Below are positions 21,023 through 31,172 of a stretch of DNA of 64,000 bases, in pieces. The first letter of the stretch is position 1, and every line of letters starts with the position of its first letter. The position numbers were made by a program, and so were the translations under genes. The stretch is taken from the NCBI GenBank assembly GCA_964387845.1, contig CAYLXA010000002.1, positions 160,001-224,000 on the forward strand, given 5' to 3'. The notes beneath the pieces were generated by a model. The model saw only the letters and a program-made list of their open reading frames with translations, made no database searches and was not told the origin of the DNA. This stretch comes from an uncultured bacterium. GTDB lineage: Bacteria > Omnitrophota > Omnitrophia > Omnitrophales > Abzuiibacteriaceae.

Positions 21023-22012
21023 ATGGAAGCCGGAATATCCGAACTGAACGAGCGCGTGCGCGGCGAACATCAAACCACTCAAAAGTTGTTTCAAGAAATC
21101 GGTAAGATGATTGTCGGTCAAAATTATCTGATCGAGCGGCTCATGGTCGGCCTTTTAACAAACGGCCATATCCTCATTGAAGGCGTGCCCGGTCTTGCGA
21201 AAACACTTTCCGTTAAGACGCTGTCCCAGGCCTTACACGCAAAATTCCAGCGAATTCAATTCACGCCCGACCTGCTGCCCGCAGACTTAATCGGAACGCT
21301 CGTTTATAGCCCCAAAGAGGGCAATTTCACGACCAAAAAAGGCCCTATTTTCGCCAATATCGTGCTTGCGGATGAAATCAACCGGGCGCCCTCCAAAGTG
21401 CAGAGCGCGCTTCTGGAGGCCATGCAGGAGCGTCAGGTGACGATTGGTGAGACCACCTATGAACTTCCGGAACCTTTCTTGGTCTTGGCAACTCAAAATC
21501 CGATTGAGCAGGAAGGGACCTATCCGCTTCCCGAAGCGCAGGTCGACCGCTTTATGATGAAGCTGGTGGTGGGTTATCCGACCAAAAAAGAAGAGAAAGA
21601 AATTTTGGAACGGATGACCGCACCGTCCGAGGTTCAAATCCAGCCGGTGTTGGATTTGAAAACAATCTCCAAGTTACGCGAACTCGTAAAAAAGATTTAT
21701 GTCGACGAGAAAATCAAAGATTACATTTTGGATCTCGTGTTCGCAACTCGGAATCCCGAACAATATAAACTTGATGCAATTAAGCCCTTGATTGCTTACG
21801 GCGCTTCACCGCGTGCCAGCATCATGCTTGCGCTAGCGGCAAAAGCCCAGGCCTTTCTGAAAGGCCGCGGTTACGTGATTCCGGAAGACATTAAGCAAGT
21901 CGGTATTGATATTCTACGGCACCGCGTCATCGTGACCTACGAAGCAGAAGCCGAGGAAATGAAATCCGAAGATGTGATTGGAAAGATTTTTGACCAAATC
22001 GAAGTTCCATAA
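21023..22012 (+). CDS. MoxR-family AAA+ ATPase
   Basis: HILIEGVPGLAKT Walker A, VLADEINRA Walker B, QNPIEQEGTYPLPEAQVDRF sensor region; AAGGAG RBS. Confidence 0.92.
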   Translation: MEAGISELNERVRGEHQTTQKLFQEIGKMIVGQNYLIERLMVGLLTNGHILIEGVPGLAKTLSVKTLSQALHAKFQRIQFTPDLLPADLIGTLVYSPKEGNFTTKKGPIFANIVLADEINRAPSKVQSALLEAMQERQVTIGETTYELPEPFLVLATQNPIEQEGTYPLPEAQVDRFMMKLVVGYPTKKEEKEILERMTAPSEVQIQPVLDLKTISKLRELVKKIYVDEKIKDYILDLVFATRNPEQYKLDAIKPLIAYGASPRASIMLALAAKAQAFLKGRGYVIPEDIKQVGIDILRHRVIVTYEAEAEEMKSEDVIGKIFDQIEVP

Positions 22013-22026
22013 GCGGGATTTGACGC

Positions 22027-22902
22027 ATGATCCCCAAAGATGTTTTAAAGGAAATCAAACGGATCGAGATCCGCACGACCCGGCTCGTCAACGACTTATT
22101 CGGCGGTGAATACGAGTCCGTCTTCAAGGGCCGCGGAATCGAGTTTGCGGATGTGCGCGAATATGTGCCGGGCGATGACATCCGGACCATTGATTGGAAC
22201 GTGACGGCGCGCTCTCAGCATCCCTTCGTCAAAAAATACACCGAAGAACGCGAGCTGACGGTCCTTTTTGTCGTCGACGGTTCGGCCTCTCAGCAATTCG
22301 GAACCACTGCCAAAATCAAAGCCCAGATCACGGCGGAAATCTGCGCCCTCCTGGCATTCTCAGCCATCCGGAACCACGATAAAGTCGGCATGGTCATCTA
22401 TACCGACGAAGTCGAAAAATACGTCCCTATCAAGAAGGGGAGGAGCCATGTTTTAAGGGTTGTCCGGGAAATCCTCTTCTATAAGCCCAAGCGGAAGGGG
22501 ACCCGGCTCCAGACAGCCTTAGAATACCTTCAAAAGACCCTCAAGCGGCGCGTGGTGATGTTTATCATTTCAGACTTCCAAGATTCCGGCTATGAAAAAT
22601 CCCTCAAAATCATCAGCCAAAAGCATGATGTCATTGCCATTCATTTAACGGATCCGCTTGAACGGAAATGGCCATCGGGCGGCATTCTTCAGCTTGAAGA
22701 CGCCGAAACCGGAGAGCCCATTCTTATTAATAACCGCTCTCGGCACGTCCGGGAGTTGTTCGAAAAGCAGGTAAGCGAGGAGCTCGGTGAAATCGACCGG
22801 TCTTTTAAGATGATGGGAATCGACAAGGTCAATATTGATACCTCAAAGCCGTACGCTGATCCGCTGATTCGTTTATTTAAACAGCGCGAGCGCCGAAAAT
22901 GA
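22027..22902 (+). CDS. DUF58 (VWA-like) protein, MoxR partner
   Basis: DIRTIDWNVTARSQHPFVKKYTEERELTVLFVVDGSASQ signature of the DUF58 family that accompanies MoxR. Confidence 0.85.
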   Translation: MIPKDVLKEIKRIEIRTTRLVNDLFGGEYESVFKGRGIEFADVREYVPGDDIRTIDWNVTARSQHPFVKKYTEERELTVLFVVDGSASQQFGTTAKIKAQITAEICALLAFSAIRNHDKVGMVIYTDEVEKYVPIKKGRSHVLRVVREILFYKPKRKGTRLQTALEYLQKTLKRRVVMFIISDFQDSGYEKSLKIISQKHDVIAIHLTDPLERKWPSGGILQLEDAETGEPILINNRSRHVRELFEKQVSEELGEIDRSFKMMGIDKVNIDTSKPYADPLIRLFKQRERRK

Positions 22903-23879
22903 AACGTGTTTTTGTTCTCCTGTTCGTTTTTGCGATGGCGCTGATTTTTACCCATCCCGCAGCGGTTTGGTGCGATGAAGCGAAAATATCCGTCACCGCC
23001 GAAGTGGATCATGCCTTTTTTACAATCGGCGACCGGGTCCGCTTCAAAGTAACCGCCGAACACGATCCGTCGATTCAAATTGCGCGTATCGATACTTCCG
23101 AAACATTCAAAGATTTTGAATTAAAAGAAGACAAAAGCTTTAAAACCGAACAAGGCAAAACAATCTCCGAAGGCAGGGAAATCGTATTTACCGGATATGA
23201 GCTCGGCGATTATGTCTTAAGCCCTGCGGTGATTTATTATCGCGAAGGCGCCGGTCAGGAATTAAAGAAAATCGAATCCAACAAGCTTTATGTTTCCATT
23301 GAGAGCGTGGATAAGGATGGGAAGCCGAGCGATGATATTGCAGGCATCAAAGGCGTCGTCAATCTGTCCCGCAAATGGGTCGGTTGGCTCATCGGAATCC
23401 TGTTCGGAGTTATGGCTGCCATCGGGTTCTATTTTTATTACACCAGAAAAAAGCAGTTCGCCGCCGCAATCAACCCTGAAAACCAACTCACGCCGCAGGA
23501 AGAGGCTTATCGGGCACTGAACCGGCTCGGAGATTCAGAGCTTCTGCAGCGCGGCCAAATTAAGCTTTATTTCGCCAAATTGTCAGAAATCATCCGTCGA
23601 TATATGGAACGCCGCTATCAGATTCTTGCGCTGGAATCAACGACTGATGAAATTATGAGCGCCCTAAGGCAGCGCGAATTAGACGGCAAAACACTAACAC
23701 TGATTAAAAGCCACTTTGAGGTCTGCGATCTGGTGAAATTCGCAAAATTTAAACCCGAGCCGGCAGAAATCATCCGTCAGACTAAACTGGCCAAAGAAAT
23801 TGTCGACATCACCAAAGCACCGGAGCTGCCTGCAGCAGATGAAGCGGCCGGAGCAAATCAAGCGGTGTCAAAGCCATGA
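22899..23879 (+). CDS. Hypothetical Bat-operon membrane protein (signal peptide, ectodomain, 1 TM, cytoplasmic tail; DUF4381-like position)
   Basis: Signal peptide MKRVFVLLFVFAMALIF, TM WLIGILFGVMAAIGFYFYY; overlaps DUF58 stop and the next VWA gene start. Confidence 0.5.
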   Translation: MKRVFVLLFVFAMALIFTHPAAVWCDEAKISVTAEVDHAFFTIGDRVRFKVTAEHDPSIQIARIDTSETFKDFELKEDKSFKTEQGKTISEGREIVFTGYELGDYVLSPAVIYYREGAGQELKKIESNKLYVSIESVDKDGKPSDDIAGIKGVVNLSRKWVGWLIGILFGVMAAIGFYFYYTRKKQFAAAINPENQLTPQEEAYRALNRLGDSELLQRGQIKLYFAKLSEIIRRYMERRYQILALESTTDEIMSALRQRELDGKTLTLIKSHFEVCDLVKFAKFKPEPAEIIRQTKLAKEIVDITKAPELPAADEAAGANQAVSKP

Positions 23880-24859
23880 TGGAATTCAAGAATCCTGAAT
23901 TCTTTTTACTCTTACTATTGCTTCCGCTGGTTTTGCTTTGGATATCGAGACGCAAACGAAGCTCGATTCGGTTTTCGGCAATTCAAAAATTCAAACAAAT
24001 TCGAGACCATTCCGCATCCCGCTTTTTTTTCTATTTGAATTTGCTTAGGATCATCGCGTTTGTGTTTATGGTCATCGCGCTTGCGCGGCCTCAGCACGTT
24101 GCCGCAGAGCGTGAATATGAAGCCAGCGGACTTGACATTATGCTCGCACTCGACATTTCGGGTTCGATGCTGGCCGAGGATTTTAAGCCGGTCAACCGGA
24201 TGACGGTGGCCAAAGAAGAGGCCAAGCGGTTCGTCAAAGGCCGGAAAAGCGACCGGATTGGTTTGGTCGTCTTCGCCAAAAAGAGCTATACACAATGTCC
24301 GCTCACGCTAGATTATGACGTTCTGATGAAGTTAATTGACGACGTCGAAATCGGCATGATCAAAGACGGAACCGCCATCGGCCTCGGAGTCGCCAATGCG
24401 GTCAACCGGCTTCGGGAAAGCGACGGTAAAAGCCGGGTGGTGATTCTGCTCACAGACGGCGACAACAATGCCGGAAATATTGACCCCATTACCGCCGCAG
24501 AGCTTGCGAAAAGCTTCGGCATCCGGATTTACACGATCGGAATCGGAACCGGCGGCATGGTGCCATTTCCGATTGATGACCCGATTTTCGGCAAGCGGTA
24601 TGTTCAGGCAAAAGTCGACATTGATGAAACAACGCTGAAACGGATCGCCGACATTACCGGCGGATTATTTTTCCCGGCACGTGACGCAAAAATGCTTTCC
24701 GAAATTTATCAGCGAATCGGCGAGCTTGAGAAATCCGAATTTAAAATCAAGGAATATTCAAGCTACGGCGAATTATTTCACTATTTTTTAATCCCGGGGT
24801 TTTTAATTTTGTTACTTGAAATTGGGCTCCGGCAGTTATTTTTCGTGAAGGTGCCTTGA
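23876..24859 (+). CDS. VWA-domain membrane protein (BatA-like aerotolerance protein)
   Basis: N-terminal TM, MIDAS motif DISGSM...T.G, C-terminal TM; operon context with MoxR/DUF58. Confidence 0.85.
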   Translation: MMEFKNPEFFLLLLLLPLVLLWISRRKRSSIRFSAIQKFKQIRDHSASRFFFYLNLLRIIAFVFMVIALARPQHVAAEREYEASGLDIMLALDISGSMLAEDFKPVNRMTVAKEEAKRFVKGRKSDRIGLVVFAKKSYTQCPLTLDYDVLMKLIDDVEIGMIKDGTAIGLGVANAVNRLRESDGKSRVVILLTDGDNNAGNIDPITAAELAKSFGIRIYTIGIGTGGMVPFPIDDPIFGKRYVQAKVDIDETTLKRIADITGGLFFPARDAKMLSEIYQRIGELEKSEFKIKEYSSYGELFHYFLIPGFLILLLEIGLRQLFFVKVP

Positions 24860-25881
24860 CCATGCAATTTTATCAGCCGGCTCATCTTCAATTTTTATGG
24901 CTTATCCCAATCGTGATTGCCTTGTTTTATTTTGCGGCAAAACGAAAAAAGAAAATTCTAGCCGGGCTCGGAAATCTTCAGACCCTGCGTCTATTAACGT
25001 CATTTCATTCTGAGTCAAAGCTGAAGTGGAAATCGTTTCTGCTGGTCACAGCATTGATATTTTTGGTTGTGGCGCTTGCGCAACCACAATGGGGCGAGGA
25101 AAAGAAAAAAATTAAGCGAAAAGGCATCGATTTAATATTTTTGGTCGACACATCCTTGAGCATGCTGGCTGAAGACGTAAAACCGAACCGGCTGGAAAAG
25201 GCCCGCTTTGAAATGCGGTCGTTTTTGAGGCATCTCAAAGGAGACCGGGTCGGTATTGTCACGTTTGCAGGATCGGGCTTCCTGCAATCTCCGCTTACAC
25301 TGGATTATTCGGCGTTTTCTTTGTTTGCCGATTCCATTGAAGTGGGCTACATTCCGGACATGGGGACCAGCATGAGCGAAGGTATTCACACGGCCGTCCG
25401 GTCCTTGCCGGGCGACACCAATAAACATCGCGCTGTCGTCATCCTGTCTGATGGTGAAAACATGGAAGAAGATATCCAAAATGCCATCGAATCCGCTAAA
25501 AAAGCAGGGGTGCGGCTCTATACGATCGGTATCGGAACCAAAGCGGGGGAGCCCATTCCCCTTAAATCCGAAACCGGCAAAATGAGCGGATATAAGAAAG
25601 ACAAGTTTGGGGAAGTTGTTATCAGTAAACTGAATGAACCTTTGCTGGGAAAGATTGCAAGCGAAACCGAAGGCTTGTACTTTCCGGCAACGCCGGGCGA
25701 AACTGAAACCGGCTTGATTTATCAGCATATTCAGAGCCTGGGTAAGAAAGAATTTAAGGAACAGCTTTTGGTCGAGCGCGAGGATCATTTTCAGAGTTTT
25801 CTCTTGATTGGCATACTTTTACTACTGCTTGAAACTATTTTGGGCGACCGGAGCAAGCGCCGTTATGCACAAACGATTTAA
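24856..25881 (+). CDS. VWA-domain membrane protein (BatB-like)
   Basis: VDTSLSM MIDAS, N- and C-terminal TM helices; overlapping start with the previous VWA gene. Confidence 0.85.
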   Translation: MTMQFYQPAHLQFLWLIPIVIALFYFAAKRKKKILAGLGNLQTLRLLTSFHSESKLKWKSFLLVTALIFLVVALAQPQWGEEKKKIKRKGIDLIFLVDTSLSMLAEDVKPNRLEKARFEMRSFLRHLKGDRVGIVTFAGSGFLQSPLTLDYSAFSLFADSIEVGYIPDMGTSMSEGIHTAVRSLPGDTNKHRAVVILSDGENMEEDIQNAIESAKKAGVRLYTIGIGTKAGEPIPLKSETGKMSGYKKDKFGEVVISKLNEPLLGKIASETEGLYFPATPGETETGLIYQHIQSLGKKEFKEQLLVEREDHFQSFLLIGILLLLLETILGDRSKRRYAQTI

Positions 25882-26896
25882 CTCTTCAATATTACTAAGT
25901 TGGTTTTTGATTCTCACATGGCTTGCGCTCTGCGGCTTTTTAGACAGCACTGCATCCCTCAATCAAAAAGCGAACAAACTATACAAAGACAAGCGCTATC
26001 AATCCGCTCAAGAGCTTTATCAAAAGGCTCAGGTCAGAAACCCAAAAAATTCCGAAATCGGCTACAACCTGGGCTCAACCTTGTATCAGCTTGATCAATA
26101 TGAAGACGCGCATAATCAATTCGAAAAATCGATTGCCAACACAAAAGACAAATCACTCTTGGCCCGGTCGCATTACAACTACGGAAATTCGCTTTACCGC
26201 TTAGGGCAACTCGAAGAAGCTATCACGGCCTACAAGAAAGCATTGGATTTAGACCCTAAGGATAAGGACGCAAAGCACAATCTCGAATTGCTGCTTAAGA
26301 AAAAGAATGATTTCGAGCAGAAACAAGACCAGCGGAACGAGCAAAATAAAAATCAGCAGGAGCAGCAAAAGAAACAAAATCAAAACCAGAGTCAAAATCA
26401 GCAGCAACAGCAGCAACAACAAGATCAAAACAACCAAGGCGGAAGCCAAAATCAGAAGCAGCAAAACCAAGGCGGTGGCGGTGGCCAAGATCAAAACCAA
26501 AATCAGCCCAAACCGGACCAAGAGCAGCCCGATAAAAATGCCGGCGGCAAAGGCGCGCAAGACCAGCGCAAACCCCAGGAACAGAACCAAAAGGACGAAC
26601 AAAACCAGAAAAAGGACCAAGAAACCCAAAATCAGCCTAAGCCCGACTCAAAACAGCAGAATGCCGACCTCGACCAACAAAAGGCTGATATGGAGCGTCC
26701 TGACAGCTCCGGTGAGCAGGAAAAGCCCTCAGGAGGCCAAGAGAGCGAAGAGAAGCAATACTTTCAGGGTCAGATGTCAAAAGTGGATGCTATGCGCATT
26801 TTAGACGCCTTAAAAGACTCCGAAAAGAAGATGCAGATTTTGCGCAGACCAAAGCCTCAGAATGAGAATGAGACGCCGCCCGATATGGATTGGTAG
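25865..26896 (+). CDS. TPR-repeat protein with long Q/N/K/D-rich low-complexity tail (BatC-like)
   Basis: Signal/TM then 3 TPR units (YQSAQELYQKAQ..., YNLGSTLYQL..., YNYGNSLYRLGQLEEAITAYKKALDLDP); about 150 aa of QNQ.../GGGGG low complexity; start 25865 chosen to abut the BatB stop. Confidence 0.75.
   Translation: MHKRFNSSILLSWFLILTWLALCGFLDSTASLNQKANKLYKDKRYQSAQELYQKAQVRNPKNSEIGYNLGSTLYQLDQYEDAHNQFEKSIANTKDKSLLARSHYNYGNSLYRLGQLEEAITAYKKALDLDPKDKDAKHNLELLLKKKNDFEQKQDQRNEQNKNQQEQQKKQNQNQSQNQQQQQQQQDQNNQGGSQNQKQQNQGGGGGQDQNQNQPKPDQEQPDKNAGGKGAQDQRKPQEQNQKDEQNQKKDQETQNQPKPDSKQQNADLDQQKADMERPDSSGEQEKPSGGQESEEKQYFQGQMSKVDAMRILDALKDSEKKMQILRRPKPQNENETPPDMDW
26310..26760 (+). repeat. Coding low-complexity region (CAG/CAA/AAC-rich; Q/N-rich protein segment) inside the BatC-like gene
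   Basis: Runs such as cagcagcaacagcagcaacaacaa; generates spurious ORFs on other frames and the opposite strand (26249-26629 -, 26307-26804 +). Confidence 0.8.
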
Positions 26897-26971
26897 GCGC
26901 GTTTTCTTTACCTGTTGTTTTTTTACATAAGATATATTATCGGACGTTATTAAATATAAAGAAAACACCCT

Positions 26972-28630
26972 CTAAACAGAAACCAGCTTGCCCCCGGGCA
27001 TAGCGCCAATACTTGCCAACTTCCGTTTCGCTAACTTTCCCGCGCTCGAAGACGGCTGTTTTTTGACAAGATGCTTCAGAACCCGAATTCCAAATTCGCG
27101 CAGCTCAAAAAGCTTTTCCGAAAAATGAAACCCAATGTAGTGAAGGTCCTGGGGGCCCACCGTTTTCCGGTCCTTGAGCAAGTTCTTGAAAAATTCATCA
27201 GCATTATTCTTAATCAGCGTCTGACATAGATGCAAAGCCTTATCTTGTTCCCGGAAGCCCGTAGAAAGGTCCTTTTTTGAGGTTTTGAGGCTTAAAACCG
27301 TCATTTCGTACCGTGCGGCATGGGTATACAAGTAACTGTCCTGCAAAAGCGCCAAATACGCGACTGCATCTGCCCATTTGCCCTTCTTTTTCAATGACTG
27401 AGCCTTCGTCATCACATATTTATAAAGGAGGTCTGGGTTAATATTCTTCAGTAATTGAAGGTAATTTCGGTATTTTTCATTCTTCTGCTTAATTAGCTTC
27501 TCTAGTGAATTTAGAAGCTTTTTGCAGAGAGCCGGTTTGAATGCCTTTTTATGTGCCCGTAAAACCGAAATGATTTGATCCGCTTTCTCCGGCGTTAAAT
27601 CGCTTTCGAATATTTTCAGGAGCGGCAACACGGCTTTCGGCATTTTCTCAAGCGACGTTTTGGACGCATCCCGAATCCGGATATCCGGCGAGTTTAAATA
27701 TTCAATCAATGTAGATACGTTCTCCGAGGAATCAAAACTACCCAGCTTGGAAAGCGCATAGCTTCGAATCGAAGCATGCGGGCTGTCCAAGAGTTTTGAA
27801 ATGGGAGACTGCATTTTTTTGGACACTTCGAGAGGCTCAACAACCTGTAAAGCGTATTTCCCCACATTCGCAAAGTCCGCATGATTTAAGACGGGCAGCA
27901 AAACTTTCAGCGCATCATCGTGCCCCTTCCCTTTGAATCCAAGCCGCGAGAGCGCCATTAATGCATACTTGGCGACGAAAATATCTTTGCTTTGGCTTAA
28001 TGCCGACATCAGTGCAGACTTTGACCGCGGGTCCTGAAGATAGCCGATTAAAATCAAACATGAAATCATGAAAGAATTGACTTTCTTGATCTGAGGTTTG
28101 CGCATCAATTTCAACAAAGACTGATTCAGCCATTTCCGCTCCCGCTTATCCATCCGCTCAATCACGGATCGGAACAAATCACAAACAAACTTCAAATGTT
28201 CCACTTCCCTGCTATCCCACAGCGAATCCAAAAGCAATACATAAGCTGCTTTGTTGGGAATCCGTCCAATGGTGGCCAAAATAGCTCTCTTTTCAAACGG
28301 CAGTGCTTTCGGATATCGTTTTTTAAGCGCAGGGATGGCCGAAACCCCATTCACAGCAATCGCCCGGATCACTTTCTCGCGGTTAACTGCCATATCGCTT
28401 AAAAACGGGATCAAATACGGTAGATAATCTTTGGATGGCGATTTGCTCGGAATTTCAAGCAAAGAATCCTTAATGACAGGATCTTGAATTTGGGAGAAAA
28501 GATCCCCAACTGCTTTGGCTAGCAACCGGTCTTTAATGCCGAGTTCTGATAGAACGCGTATAGCGGAAAGCTGTACGTCGCGGTCCTTTGATTTGAGAAG
28601 GCCTAAAATTTTCTTGGCAGTAACGTCCAT
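26972..28630 (-). CDS. HEAT/PBS-lyase-like repeat protein, function unknown
   Basis: 552 aa, all-helical, recurrent LL.S.D..VR/IR..A..AL..LG units. Confidence 0.6.
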   Translation of the reverse strand: MDVTAKKILGLLKSKDRDVQLSAIRVLSELGIKDRLLAKAVGDLFSQIQDPVIKDSLLEIPSKSPSKDYLPYLIPFLSDMAVNREKVIRAIAVNGVSAIPALKKRYPKALPFEKRAILATIGRIPNKAAYVLLLDSLWDSREVEHLKFVCDLFRSVIERMDKRERKWLNQSLLKLMRKPQIKKVNSFMISCLILIGYLQDPRSKSALMSALSQSKDIFVAKYALMALSRLGFKGKGHDDALKVLLPVLNHADFANVGKYALQVVEPLEVSKKMQSPISKLLDSPHASIRSYALSKLGSFDSSENVSTLIEYLNSPDIRIRDASKTSLEKMPKAVLPLLKIFESDLTPEKADQIISVLRAHKKAFKPALCKKLLNSLEKLIKQKNEKYRNYLQLLKNINPDLLYKYVMTKAQSLKKKGKWADAVAYLALLQDSYLYTHAARYEMTVLSLKTSKKDLSTGFREQDKALHLCQTLIKNNADEFFKNLLKDRKTVGPQDLHYIGFHFSEKLFELREFGIRVLKHLVKKQPSSSAGKLAKRKLASIGAMPGGKLVSV

Positions 28631-28659
28631 GGGTGGGTATTGTACTCAAAATACTGACT

Positions 28660-29556
28660 CTACTCAAGAACCATATCGTCAATGTGCCAGCCGCCCGTCA
28701 AAACACCCGCGCTGCGGGCGACCGTCATCCGAATTTGCTTCAGCAAGAATTCATTCGGAGGTGAATCTTGGTTCTTCCATAATTCAATGTCGTACTTTTT
28801 CCAGAATGTAAAGAAATCGGTTACATCATGCTCGATCATTTCTCCGGAATGCGAAACAAGCTGTATGCGAATGGGCGACATAACCCCTTTGTTATGTTTG
28901 AAATCTGCAAGCAATTTAAACGCAAGTTTGTTAAAACCGCTTATATCGATAAGGGGCAGATCAATGACAAGCGTCGCGACCTCCCCGGGCGCGGCCGTAA
29001 AATCATAAATAACCGCAAGCGCATTGCCATAGGAACCAAAACGTTTATTCGTATCGAACTCAAGATTTAACAAAGAACCCGCGGTGCTGTTGCGGATGGC
29101 GTAGATTTTGGTATTAAAGTTTGTAACAAAATCCGGTCGATTAAAATCCGCAATCATTTGCGGCTTGACTTCACGGACGCTCCCGGCCGGCGTGGCAAGA
29201 TTAAAATCCTTCATTATATTTTGAATAACTTTTTGCTTTTGGCTTGCGCCGTTAGCTTTCGAAATACCGGCTGATCCAGGCCCGGCGTTTGCCCCGGCTG
29301 CGGACTCAACAGTGTTCGGAACAGGTTCGGAATAACTTCGAATCTGGTTGAACATCTTCCATGTCATGATAAATATTACCAGCTGCGCAACAAGAATAAC
29401 GAACGAAAAAATCACAATCGCAGTCCTTTGTTGATTGCCGGGCTGCGGGCTCCGTTCGGCGGATTGGCCGGACACATTCATGCCTGATTCATTCAAAAAA
29501 GGCATCGCTGGAGATTTTTTCACTTTTGGGAATTCGGTCTTTTGCATGGTCATCAT
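28660..29556 (-). CDS. Hypothetical single-pass membrane protein
   Basis: One TM (AIVIFSFVILVAQLVIFIMTW) followed by an about 220 aa ectodomain; start probably ATG at 29556/29553 abutting the cca stop. Confidence 0.5.
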   Translation of the reverse strand: MMTMQKTEFPKVKKSPAMPFLNESGMNVSGQSAERSPQPGNQQRTAIVIFSFVILVAQLVIFIMTWKMFNQIRSYSEPVPNTVESAAGANAGPGSAGISKANGASQKQKVIQNIMKDFNLATPAGSVREVKPQMIADFNRPDFVTNFNTKIYAIRNSTAGSLLNLEFDTNKRFGSYGNALAVIYDFTAAPGEVATLVIDLPLIDISGFNKLAFKLLADFKHNKGVMSPIRIQLVSHSGEMIEHDVTDFFTFWKKYDIELWKNQDSPPNEFLLKQIRMTVARSAGVLTGGWHIDDMVLE

Positions 29557-29558
29557 AA

Positions 29559-30896
29559 TTATCCGCGCTTGAATTGCTTTAAAACCCACTCCATTGTTTT
29601 CTCTTTGTCTTTAAACTTACCTTCCAACTGCATTTCGTAGGCTTGCGCTAAAATTTCTTTAAGTATCGGCCCGGCTATATAGCCCGCCTCAAGCAGATCG
29701 TTCCCGTTGATCAGGGGTTTGGGTTTTAAATTTTCTTTTTGGTATTCCTCGGTCTTTTTTTTGAGAAATTGATAATTATCCAGCTTCCCATGACTGGACT
29801 CACAATCAATTCGGTGCAGCTCCAATTCGGTCTCAAAATTCTCGCGCCCTACAAACTGTTTGAGTTTGCCGACCCGCATCACCTGCACGTCAGCAAATTT
29901 CATATGATTCTCAACGCATGAGAGAATACCATCAATTTCCCGGTTTGAAAACCTTAGGCGCCTTAATATTTTTTCAGCCATTTTGGCGCCAATGTGAGAA
30001 TGGTTATAAAAGGTGATTTTACCCTTTTCCCTGCTGAAAGTGACAGGCTTCCCCACATCATGCAAAAGCGCGCCGAATGCTAAAATAACAGATGGGTTTT
30101 CGAGCTTTTGCAAGAGCAGCTTCGTATGCACAAACACGTCTCCTTCCGGATGAAAATCAGGCTGCTGCTCAACGCCTTTCATAGCTTCTACCTCAGGGAG
30201 AATTATCTTTAAAAGGCCGCTTTCAGATAAAAGATCAAGGCCTCGGTTGGCATTCGGTCGCGTTAAAAGCTTGATTAATTCATCACGGATCCGTTCAGGG
30301 CTGACGACCTCAATGGCCGGCGCTAAACGCTTAACTTCTTTCCATGTCGCAGGTTCAATTTTAAACCCCAAGTTTGCGGCAAACCGGATAGCCCGCAAAA
30401 GCCGGAGCTTGTCTTCCTCAAATCTATCAGCCGGCTTTCCAATGGTCCGGATTATCTGTCTCTGGATGTCTTCCCTGCCGCCCACATGGTCAATTAATTC
30501 CTCTTTCAACGGATCATAAAAGAGGCCATTCATCGTAAAATCGCGGCGTTTAGCATCTTCTGCCGGAGAAGTAAACGAAACGCTTGAGGGGTGCCTGCCG
30601 TCCAAATAACGGCCTTCAGATCGAAAGGTGGCAACTTCGAACGGAATTTCATCTTCTAAGACAATCACAACACCAAACTGCTTACCCACGGGGATTGTCT
30701 TTTTGAACAGTTTCTCGATTTCCTCTGGCCGGGCGGTTGTGGCAATATCGAAATCCTCCGGCTCTTGCTTCATGACAAGATCGCGCACGCAGCCACCCGC
30801 GAACAAAGCCGTAAAACCGCTATTTCGCAGCGTTTTAACAATCTCAGTCGCTGTTTTCCGTACAAGGTCTGTACTTTTGGCTGGTTTTTTAGTCAT
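29559..30896 (-). CDS. cca: CCA-adding tRNA nucleotidyltransferase (PolyA_pol head + HD domain)
   Basis: GGCVRDLVMKQEPEDFDIATTARPEE (class-II NTase motif), RDFTMNGLFYD, HD motif ALLHDVGK. Confidence 0.88.
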   Translation of the reverse strand: MTKKPAKSTDLVRKTATEIVKTLRNSGFTALFAGGCVRDLVMKQEPEDFDIATTARPEEIEKLFKKTIPVGKQFGVVIVLEDEIPFEVATFRSEGRYLDGRHPSSVSFTSPAEDAKRRDFTMNGLFYDPLKEELIDHVGGREDIQRQIIRTIGKPADRFEEDKLRLLRAIRFAANLGFKIEPATWKEVKRLAPAIEVVSPERIRDELIKLLTRPNANRGLDLLSESGLLKIILPEVEAMKGVEQQPDFHPEGDVFVHTKLLLQKLENPSVILAFGALLHDVGKPVTFSREKGKITFYNHSHIGAKMAEKILRRLRFSNREIDGILSCVENHMKFADVQVMRVGKLKQFVGRENFETELELHRIDCESSHGKLDNYQFLKKKTEEYQKENLKPKPLINGNDLLEAGYIAGPILKEILAQAYEMQLEGKFKDKEKTMEWVLKQFKRG

Positions 30897-31165
30897 CGAA
30901 TATCGAATGCTGTTAGTTGTAAATCCGGTGATTCCCTCACAATTTCCACGGAATCAACCCGTGCACCGCTTGGCCCTTTCCGGCACCAGTCGATTAATTG
31001 AACGACCATGGCTTCATCGCCTTGAATCCACGCTTCGACACTGCCGTTTGAAAGATTTCGAACATAGCCATGAAGCCCGCGTTTGCGCGCTTCATGAACC
31101 GTGCGCGCCCTAAAGAACACGCCTTGCACAAGCCCTTTAATTGAAATTCTTGCCGCCGATATCAT
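30893..31165 (-). CDS. acyP: Acylphosphatase
   Basis: 90 aa; IKGLVQGVFFRARTVHEARKRGLHGYVRNLSNGSVE acylphosphatase signatures. Confidence 0.88.
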   Translation of the reverse strand: MISAARISIKGLVQGVFFRARTVHEARKRGLHGYVRNLSNGSVEAWIQGDEAMVVQLIDWCRKGPSGARVDSVEIVRESPDLQLTAFDIR

Positions 31166-31172
31166 ACCTCTG

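Noticed and set aside
25132-25788. 218-aa ORF antisense to the BatB-like VWA gene
   Set aside because: Fully embedded opposite a well-supported CDS with no RBS or homology; typical shadow ORF. Similar shadow ORFs at 4065-5213, 28682-29070, 30247-31113, 34683-35066, 53037-53399
26249-26804. Leu-rich 126-aa minus-strand ORF and K/S/R-rich 165-aa plus-strand ORF
   Set aside because: Both are frame artefacts of the CAG/CAA/AAC low-complexity tract encoding the Q/N-rich tail of the BatC-like protein
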